Of a DNA stretch of 64,000 nt, positions 22,842 to 32,531 are shown in pieces. Made by a program: the position numbers and the translations under genes. A model generated the notes under the pieces. The model was not told where the DNA came from. It searched no databases and worked only from the letters and a program-made list of their open reading frames with translations. Source of the stretch: Eledone cirrhosa (lineage: Eukaryota); the NCBI GenBank assembly GCA_964016885.1, contig OZ024741.1, positions 114,080,001 through 114,144,000 on the forward strand, given 5' to 3'. How positions within the stretch are numbered: the stretch's first letter is position 1; every line of letters starts with the position of its first letter.

Positions 22842-22979
22842 ATTAACATTTAACACTTAATATTCTACCATACTATTCAGATTACATCTATAAAATTCAG
22901 ATTACATCTATATATATACACATACATATATATATATATATACATACATATATATATATATATACATTCATATATATAC

Positions 22980-25900
22980 TTCTACGAAATGTCATGTAAA
23001 AATACCATTTTCTTCTTGTCTCCCCACTCTTCGGTTCATTCATCCATATATCTGTATAATCGCCCAGAATCCAATCCTACTTTCTCAATGCTATTCTATA
23101 ATTCTGTCTGGCTGTTCTAAATAATCTTGTGTATTTTAAAATCCCAGTATATCGCTTGTTACTGTTATATGCTTTATTTAAAACCTTCTCCTCGCTCGCT
23201 AACTACCCCATACCCGTCCCACCCACCCCCACTCTCCACCATTATTATTTGGACCAATCATAAGTCAGCGGCCTATGCTATCACTTCTGGTTGCTTTTCG
23301 ATATGATGGATGGACTAAGGAATTCTGGAGAGTCTGAAGAATCTGGACACTCAGAGACAATGCCAAAGATAACGACAAATTCACCTCATGCTGCCGGACG
23401 AAAGGGCAAGGACTCCTCCTCTTTGTTTCGGCCGCGGATGGCCAACATAACGCCAACCCCATCCCCCTCACCCCACCCACCCACCAAAGACAATCCACAA
23501 CTTCAGAGTTGGTACCATGAATGTAGGCACCTTAAAAGGTCGCTCTAATGAGGTTGTAGAAATACTTGAACGTAAGGAGGTTGATGTTTGCTGTATCCAA
23601 GAGACCAAGTGGAGGGGCGGGTCTGCTAGATTCATTGTGGGTAAAAAACGATGCTATAAGCTTTTCTGGGTGGGAAATGACAATGGGCTGGGTGGGTAGG
23701 AATCATGTTAGCAGAAAAATGGGTGGATAAGATAATAGACGTAAATAGAGTGAACGACAGAATAATTAAAATAAGACTTGTTCTAAATAGAACTACTGTG
23801 ACAGTAATATCTGCGTACGCACCCCAATCCGGACTGCCTGGCGCTATAAAAGACAGATTCTATGAGACACTGATGCTCACTACCTCCCAAATATCCGACA
23901 GTGACTATATAATTATTGCTGGCGACCTAAATGGTCACGTTGGACCACATTGTGATGGCTATGACGGAATCCATGGAGGCTATGGGTTTGGTACTAGAAA
24001 TGAGGAAGGCTTCAGAATCCTGGAATTCTGTGACGCAAATAACCTAACTATCTGTAACACTAACTTCAAAAAGCGAGACAATCACTTGATCACCTACAGA
24101 TCAGGGGAACATACCAGCCAGGTAGATTATATCCTTACCAGAACACATGACAGAGTGTCTGTTGTAAACACTAAATCCCTCCCCCATGAAGAATGCACCT
24201 CTCAACATAGACTCATAATTAGCGACCTCAGAGTCAGGACGAGACGTTCTCGACAATAGAAGAGGACTATCCTCAGGAGAAAAATATGGAAGCTAAAGGA
24301 CCCCACAGCCAGTAATAAATTTAAAAGCATATTACTTGATGCTTTTGACAGTAAGGAAGAGCAATTAGAGTCGTACAATATAGAGGAACAGTGGGATTTC
24401 CTGAAAGCAAACCTGCTGATGGCGACAGATGAAGTCTGCGGCTGGAGCAGGCCTATAGGCAGGAGGAGAGTAACGTGGTGGTAGAACAGTAAAGTGGAAG
24501 AGTTAATCAAGGCCAAAAAGCAGGCTTGGAAAGTATGGCGGGATGGGGGAAGTAGAGAAGACTATCAAGTGGCCAGGAGGGAAGCTAGGAGACAAGTGTA
24601 CTTCGCAAGAAGGGAAGCAGAGGAAAGAAAGTTCAAGCATGTTCTACAACGCGAGGACCAAAAACATGAGGTGTTCAGGATTGCTAGGCAATGTGTCAAG
24701 GAAAACCGTGATATTGTCGGGAAGAAGTGTGTCCTTAATGATGATGGTGTACTTGCCATCACTGACGCTGATAAGAAGGTAGCTTGGAAGTGTCACTATG
24801 AAAGGCTACTAAATGAGGAGAATAAATGGGAGAAAGACAGTCTCCCCCACATCGATCCAATAGAGGGACCAGCAGTGCTAGTTGAAGGTAGTATAATAAG
24901 TAAGGCAATCAAAGATATGAAGACGGGTAAGGCGGCTGGGCCTTCGGAAATAGTTGCTGAAATGCTGAAAGCATCTGGAACGGTGGGACACACTATGGTC
25001 ACCCGGATAGTAAACCAAGTCATACAGAATGGGGTTGTTCCGAAGGACTGGCGTAGCAGCATCATCATTAACTGCTACAAGGGTAAAGGAGATGCCCTAG
25101 ATATGGGTAACTATAGAGGCATTAAATTAATCGACCAGGTCATGAAGGTCACAGAAAAAGTAATAGCGCAACTAATCAGAGAGTGAATTGATCTAGATGA
25201 AATGCAGTTCGGGTTTGTGTCAGGTAAAAGTACAACAGACGCTCTTTTCATTGTACGACAACTACAGGAGAAGTACCTAGCTAAATGTAAACCCCTATAC
25301 TCAGCTTTTGTCGACTTGGAGAAAGCCTTTGACAGAGTCCTCCGTTCTATTATCTGGTGGGCTCTTAGAAAACTAGGTGTTGATGAATGGCTTGTGAGAG
25401 CTATACAAGCCATGTATAAAGAAACAGTCAGCAAGGTTAGAATTAACAATGAATATAGTGAAGAGTTTAGCGTAAAAGTTGGTGTTCATCAGGGCTCCGT
25501 TCTTAGCCCCCTACTATTTATTATTGCCCTTCAGGCTATAACAGTGGAGTTCAAGACCGGCTGCCCATGGGAACTCCTATACGCAGATGATCTAACGCTC
25601 CTAGCTGAATCAATGGCTGAACTAGAGAAGAAATTCCAAACATGGAAGCATGGCCTAGAATCAAAAGGTCTTAAAATTAACCTGTCTAAGACTAAAGTTC
25701 TAGTTTGTAGGAAGGAAAATAGGGCACCGGTCCCATCCGGGAAATGGCCATGCTCAGTGTGTAGGAAAGGAGTAGGCAGAAACTCCATTTTATGTCCCAA
25801 ATGCAAAGTATGGGTGCATAAAAGATGTAGTGGGATCACAGGTAAGTTAACTAAGAATATAGATTTTATATGTGGCCGGTATTCTGGTGCAATAAGTAGC

Positions 25901-26916
25901 AGCAAGTGCCCACAGAATACTAGCTCATTCCATTGCACAGATGGTTCTATAGAAATAGTGGACAGCTTCCGTTACTTGGGTGACAAAATCAGCAGTGGTG
26001 GAGGGTGCTCTGAAAGTACAGTAGCTAGAGTCAGTACTGGATGGAAAAAGTTCAGAGAGCTTATACCACTATTAGCCACTAAAGGGTTCTCTCTAAAAAT
26101 GAAAGGCAGGCTGTATGATACCTGCATACAAACAGCAATGTTACATGGCAGTGAGACCTGGGCATTGTGTGCAGAGGATATACGTAGACTGGAGAGGAAC
26201 GAAGCTTGCATGCCCCGCTGGATGTGTAATAGTAATATACGTAAACGGCAAAGCATAAACGAACTAAGGGAAAAATTAGAAATAAGAGGGATCAGATGCT
26301 GTTTACTCGAGAGAAGACTACGTTGGTATGGTCACGTGATGCGCATGAAAGACGACAGCTGTATAAAAAAGTGCAGGGCGATTAAAATAGACGGTAGCCA
26401 CGGAGTAGGCAGACCCAGAAAAACCTGGGACGACTTGATAAATTCCGACCTCACACACTTACACCTCTCCAAGACAATGTCACTGGACCGAGATCTTTGG
26501 CGCTACACAGTAATACAGAAGACCTGCCTTACTTAAGTACAAAGTGAAACCTACCACTGTCAGTAGGCACCTCTAACAAAAATACACCGCCGTCCCACTA
26601 CCCCCACCTCATCCCTTTCAATGTAAAGTTATGTTGGTACCACAACATCCAGTCCGAAACAAATGAGGTCGTGTAGGTGTCACGACAAAAAAAACACACA
26701 GTCGACGCTGTAATGTAGCCGTGTAGGTAACACGGTAAAAACCTCCCAGTCCACACTGTAAACGTGGTTGGTGTTAGGAAGGGCATCCAGCCGTAGAAAA
26801 CCTGCCAGACAGTCCTATGCGAGCAAGACAACCACTCTTGCCTCAAGTGGGAAAACTCCCGTCCAAACCCATGCAAGCGTGGAAGATGGACGTTAAACAA
26901 TGATGATGATGATGAT
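22980..26916 (+). mobile_element. RTE-clade LINE copy C: near full length and inactivated (5' boundary approximate)
   Basis: The EN N-terminus (VGTMNVGTLKGRS..DVCCIQETKWRG, ISAYAPQ, GDLNGHVG, SQVDYIL, SQHRLI) continues into a complete RT. One frameshift near 23697 and stops at 24257, 24482 and 25184; 3' UTR and (GAT)n tail. Confidence 0.95.
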
Positions 26917-27262
26917 ATACATACATACACACATATATACAAATACACATATACATGCATATATATACACATATACATATATATACATGCACATATACAT
27001 ATACAATATGTATAGGATTCCTTTCCCTTTGAGCACATCATTTACAGGGAATAACGCGACTCTATGGCTCCATTAATTTATCTTCGTATATATATATACA
27101 CACATATATATGTATACACACACACATATATATACATACACACACATATGCATACACACACATATGCATACACACATATATATACATACACACATATATA
27201 TATATACATACACACACATATATATATAGATATACATACATATATATACATATATATAGATT

Positions 27263-27313
<51 letters not shown>

Positions 27314-27315
27314 GT
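26917..27315. repeat. (CA)n/(TA)n/(CATA)n microsatellite cluster
   Basis: Direct reading. Confidence 0.9.
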
Positions 27316-27709
27316 ATAAAGCAGTTGACGATGAGCATTCTAGTTGTTCAATAAACTGATTGAATAATACAAACGATGTTTTAATATACAGATTCATTAT
27401 TTGTGTATATATAATATATAAATCATATAAATAAATTTACAGTAGAATAACATAGCAAATATGTTTTAAATATATACATAAATAACATTACCAATGCTTA
27501 AATAACATTATAAATTGCTCGCGATTCTTTCAGAAGGATATATTCCTTTAATGTTGCAATATCAAAGAAAATATACGTATATATATATATATATATATAC
27601 ATACATATATTTATTCAACTAAGGAAAGTTGGTTGATTGAAAATCTGCCGACTATTTCATAAGAGATGACAAACACTCAACAGTTTATGTTTATCCGGAG
27701 TTTTATTAT

Positions 27710-27815
27710 AATAATTGTTTCTACTTTGACACAAGGCCAGCAAATATCCAGTGTATTACTGGTACTTTATTTTATCGACCCCATAAGGATGAAAGGCAAA
27801 GTTAACTTCGGCGGG
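27710..27815 (-). mobile_element. Truncated tRNA-derived SINE, second family (further copies at 28111-28206, 28531-28646 and 34859-34967)
   Basis: Shared ~110-bp CCCGCCGAGGTTGACTTTGCCTTTCATCCTT..GGGTCGATAAAATAAAGTACCAGT..GCTGGCCTTGTGCCTAAAGTAGAAACAATTAT. Confidence 0.8.
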
Positions 27816-27818
27816 TTA

Positions 27819-28082
27819 TAATAATAAACAAGAAAGACGGTATCATTTTCCCATCCCTATTTTATTATGCGTATTTCATTTGTATAACATCTGTCCTACG
27901 TGTTCTCATATCAACGGATATCAACGAATATCTCATGTCAATGGATATTTACATCTTGCATGGATTTTTGTCGGAAGAAAACACGTAGGGCAGATATTAT
28001 ACAAATGACATATGTCTTCGAAATAAGTATAAAATAAATAGGGATGAACAAGTGATACCGTCTTTCTTCTTTATCATTATAT
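27819..28082. mobile_element. Imperfect palindromic MITE-like element
   Basis: Left arm AAGAAAGACGGTATCA..CATCCCTATTT..TCATTTGTATAACATCTGTCCTACGTGTT is mirrored by AACACGTAGGGCAGATATTATACAAATGA..AAATAGGGATG..TGATACCGTCTTTCTT; TATA at both ends. Confidence 0.65.
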
Positions 28083-28110
28083 ACACACACATATATATAT
28101 ATATATATAG

Positions 28111-28206
28111 TAATTGTTTCTACTTTAGGCACAAGGCCAGCAATTATCCAGTGCATTACTGGTACTTTATTTTATCGACCCCGTAAGGATGAAAGGCAAA
28201 GTCAAC
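28111..28206 (-). mobile_element. Truncated SINE (second family)
   Basis: Near-identical to 27710-27815. Confidence 0.8.
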
Positions 28207-28216
28207 TATATATATA

Positions 28217-28475
28217 TAGTAATAATAATAAATTTGAAGACTAAAATCCAAAGAGGGCTCGATAAGGATAAATATATATCAGATATATAAGAACCGAAGA
28301 GCAAATATTTATTAAAATAACAGATTAAAGTTTAAGCAAAGAATCGCTGCTTTCACCCTTAACGGGATCTTCTGAAACTAACAAAGTCAATCTGTAAACG
28401 CAGAAGTGGATATTTCAAAAAACGTTGCAACCGGAGGAAGACAGGAAGACGATACTTTGGTTCGTGGAAACGTTC
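28217..28475 (-). repeat. Third, partial copy of the 374-bp repeat
   Basis: Highly similar to 5471-5740. Confidence 0.85.
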
Positions 28476-28530
28476 CCTGGCAAATAACGGGATATATATA
28501 TACATACCTACACATATATATGCTTCAGAA

Positions 28531-28646
28531 ATAATTGTTTCTACTTTAGGCACAAGGCCAGCAAATACCCAGTGCATTACTGGTACTTTATTTTATCGAC
28601 CCCGTAAGGATGAAAGGCAAAGTCAACCTCGGCGGGATTTGAACTC
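28531..28646 (-). mobile_element. Truncated SINE (second family) retaining a B box
   Basis: Minus strand begins GGAGTTCAAATCCCGCCGAGG (GTTCRANNC B box). Confidence 0.8.
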
Positions 28647-28851
28647 CTTCAGAAATAATGATATTTGTTTATTGAAAAAAAACAACAAAGATTTAATATA
28701 ATAAATATAAAACCATATTTATTTTATACATATTTCATCAGATAAACTACATATATATATATATACATACACACATATATATATGTATGTATGAAACTTA
28801 ATTATTCGAGTAATGCGACTCCTTTAACGTTTTTAATAATTATTTGATATT

Positions 28852-29010
28852 ACTTACCATGTTCTAATCTTTTGCTTCTTCTTTACTCCTGCGTTTGCAC
28901 TATTCCCTGGAGAAAAATGGCGCCAAACTTTTCCTTTTGAAAGAATAATGTGATTGTGTTCACGTGATATATAGCTGTCAGTCGTGAAAGCAGGTGAAGG
29001 TGACGTCATT
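28852..29010 (-). promoter_or_regulatory. Putative Pol II core promoter and first exon ending ATG|GTAAGT
   Basis: CRE TGACGTCA at 29001-29008, TATATAT from 28973, E-box TCACGTGA at 28960-28967, TCT-like TTCTTTC with C at 28943, YY1-like CGCCATTTT at 28914-28922, ATG at 28860-28858 directly followed by GTAAGT. Confidence 0.5.
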
Positions 29011-29121
29011 CGTCATCGTTTATTTCCGTATTACTACCACTAAGTAACTCCACTTACGCGTGGTAGTAATACGGAAATAAACGATGTTTTACTTTCATCG
29101 GCTGCTTTCGACTGACAGCTA
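28972..29121. other. Nested palindrome with a perfect 27-bp inner stem
   Basis: 29014-29040 and 29060-29086 are exact reverse complements; outer arms TAGCTGTCAGTCG(TG)AAAGCAG and CTGCTTTCGACTGACAGCTA. Confidence 0.9.
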
Positions 29122-30429
29122 ATAGCGTTGTAGTGCCATAATATCTTACCAATGAATTCTTATTCTAATTGCAAACGAAATTTAATACACACCATTTGCT
29201 TGTTGAAAAAAATGACAAAAACGTAAAAAAGAAATCACGTAATTTATATCACTATCTTTTTGTGCACTCAATTACTCGTTCGCTTTATGACATTTCTCTC
29301 ACATTCTGTCTCATTCATTCACATATTTTACATCTCCATTCATATATTTCACAGTGAATCTTCCATCATATCTCACTTGTCAATAATATCTCCAAGGAAA
29401 ACAAACGACCTGTTGCTATTCACCTGTTTAACACCGGAAAACTCGGTGCTCTTGACAACACAAGCAAACATACATATACGCACGCACGCAGAGCCAAGAC
29501 AACAAAGAATTCTTTGCTCAGTAATTCACATTGCTAGAAAATAAGAGTTAAATCTCTCTAAAATAACACTTCAACTTCTGAAAGTACGCAGTGGATAATG
29601 TAGTGTTAGATATATCAGGACTGAAAAAAAAGAAATGACTGGTCACGGCTGGAATGCTTTTGTTCTATCAAAAGGACTTGGAGTTAATCAACACTGATAT
29701 GTACAAACTTTCGTGAACTCATACACCCACGTACACAAACACACTATCGTACACGTATAGTCATACACAAATAAACTCACATATACACATACAGACGCAC
29801 ACAAACACACTATTTTACGCATACAGTTACATACAGTCGTAAACCCACACATACACATACAGACACACACAAACACACCATCGTACACAGTCACACACGT
29901 ACACTGCCGTGTTGAGTTATTAACTTTATTTCACTTATATTTTTCGTTTCATCAAAGACGTTTAATTGCATGTTATTAAGAGAAGAAACACTACAAAGAT
30001 GATATAACAAGGATGGTTAAAAATAAAGACTGAGAATGCGTTTTGGTAAAAGTACTTATATTTATTTCTAAAGTATATGATGTCTTTAATATTATATTTC
30101 ACTTACATCGTTATAGAAAACAAAGATTTTCTATGTTGTGAGTTGAGGTGTCTTACAGGTTAATTAATGTTTGGTTTGTTTTGGCATGTGCGTACATACA
30201 TATATGTAGACATACACATATACAGATAAAGGCACTTGCCTAAACTCACCATACATACAGGGAAAAATTTAATGGGAGGCAAAGGGGGAAATTACCCATC
30301 CTCCCCCTCAACGGGGTCCCACCAGCGACGACCGTAGCAATTTATTTGTGCTCTTTGTTGGGCTTTTCAGTTTATCCTTTTGGCAACGAGCATGTGACGA
30401 CCTCTTTAGTAGTAGTCTTAGTCTTAGGA

Positions 30430-31445
30430 TCTTCCTCGCCGTTCGGCGCATCAAGCTGTAAGTACTCGCCAACGGTCACGATCAACGGCGGCTTTTTCGC
30501 GTCCGTGTCATGTGATGTTGGCTGCCATCAGGTCTTTTCGGAACGTTTGTCGTCAGGTGATCCCGGGGCAACCACGCATCCGTTTGCTGCCAGGTTGAGT
30601 CCAGTTCATCGCTGTGTTCAACTGTCGTTCGTTGGGCAGGCGTAGAATATGGCTAGCCAGGCGCCATCGGTTCTCCGTAGCGTCCACGACTCGGCTTTCC
30701 GCAGGATTTACCCCTTTTACACTCGGTTGCACCAGGACACACGAAGGATCATTCGCAGGCAACGCCTGGTGGAAAACGTTCAGCTGTCTCTATCTTTCCC
30801 GTGCTCTTCCAGGTTTCGCTTGCATAAAACAGTTGGTAGCACGATGCTCTTGTACATGCGCAGCTTGATCATGGTGCTGATGCATCAAGACGACCAGAGT
30901 GGTCGCATCGGCTGGAAAACTGCAGCTCCTTTGCTGACCCGGCAGTTGATGTCGAACTCCGCGTTGACGCAGCAGCACAATGCGGAACGCATAGCCTGGA
31001 ACTGACAGCAATGTGATGCCACACCAATTGTTGCAGTCGACCAAGTTTCCCTTCGGTAGTTGAACGATGACACCACGTTGTCACTCAGGAGGAACCCGAC
31101 CAACCTTCCAGCAGTGGTTCATCAAGTTTGTCAACGCTGTTATCATGCTATCTTCACTGAATTTGAGCAACTCTGTAGAGATATCATCCAGTCCGCCTGC
31201 TTTGCATCTCTCGTCTCTTGCTTGGTGATTTGGTCCTTGCAGACCTTGAGTACTGCAGCAGTTGCTGGAGTCTCTGCAGTCAAGTCTATCAGGGCAACTG
31301 GCTATGTTTGGTTCAGCATCTCCCAGAAGTGCTCCACCCATCTCTGGTCTTGTTCTGCTCCAGAGCTCAACGTCTTGCCATTTTTGCATATTGGCATATT
31401 GGCACCAGTCAACACTCCCGTCAACTCCCTCAGTCGTAGTGCCAA
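30430..31445 (-). mobile_element. Old, internally deleted RTE/BovB-like LINE fragment (a different family from copies A-C)
   Basis: KAGGLDDISTELLK..NHCWKVGRVPPE..LPKGNLVDCNNWCGITLLSVPG is joined directly to AEFDINCRVSKGAAVFQ..LWSS..IKLRMYKSIVLPTVL..RWRLASHILRLP..GSKRMRGCPGIT; the RT core (YADD) is missing. Confidence 0.8.
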
Positions 31446-31949
31446 GATAAAATGCACTCATTACATCTTGTAAATAGTTAGTGTTGGTACCTTTATAGAA
31501 TATACCTAGTCAACAGGTTAGTAGTTGTGCTGATATTGCAATAACAATGCACCCAGTAAAAATCTGGCCCTGCATACATACACACAGAAGCATATGCCTA
31601 AATACTCACACGTACATGAACACATACACACACACATATATATATAATACATACATACATATATATATATATATGTGTGTGTGTGTGTCATCTCGCTGAA
31701 GCTCACATTTTAGTTTGCTTTTAACTAATTTTTGTTTATATGTATGTCCTCATTTAGTCACATGTACACACATACACACAGAAACTCCTACATACACAAA
31801 CACTCAGTGACACCTACATTCACAGAATTACACAGTAACATGTACATACACACAGAATTACACAGCAACACCTACATACACACACCCACACAGAAGCATA
31901 CAGCAACGCCTACATACATCCCAAACCATACAGCAATACCTACATATAC

Positions 31950-32531
31950 AGAAGCACACACACTTCTACATTCACCCAGATCCACACACACTTCTACATA
32001 TACCCAGATCCACACACACTTCTACATACACCCAGAACCACACAGAAACTTCTACATATACCCAGATCCACACACACTTCTACATACACCCAGAACCACA
32101 CAGAAACTTCTACATACACCCAGATCCACACACACTTCTACATATACCCAGATCCACACAGAAACTTCTACATATACCCAGATCCACACACACTTCTACA
32201 TATACCCAGATCCACACAGAAACTTCTACATATACCCAGATCCACATACACTTCTACATACACCCAGAATCACACAGAAGCTTCTACATACACCCAGATC
32301 CACACACACTTCTACATATACCCAGATCCACACAGAAACTTCTACATATACCCAGAACCACACACACTTCTACATACACCCAGAACCACACAGAAACTTC
32401 TACATATACCCAGAACCACACAGAAACTTCTCCATACACCCAGAACCACACAGAAACTTCTACATACACCCAGAACCACACAGAAACTTCTACATATACC
32501 CAGAACCACACACACTTCTACATATACCCAG
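31950..32531. repeat. Left segment of the 30/28-bp minisatellite
   Basis: Unit ACTTCTACATAYACCCAGAWCCACACAGAA. Confidence 0.95.

Larger units (their letters stand above)
22390..22877. mobile_element. Head-to-head inverted repeat element, probably Penelope-like pseudo-LTR remnants, inserted in a TA microsatellite
   Basis: Arms ~22501-22653 and ~22718-22877 are near-identical reverse complements with a ~65-bp spacer; each arm carries a hammerhead core. Confidence 0.75.

Noticed and set aside
22980-26916. Active full-length RTE
   Set aside because: One frameshift, three in-frame stops and a PHD Cys-to-Tyr change
29500-29690. Possible additional degraded interspersed repeat
   Set aside because: Single copy in this window with no diagnostic structure; cannot be supported without a repeat library search
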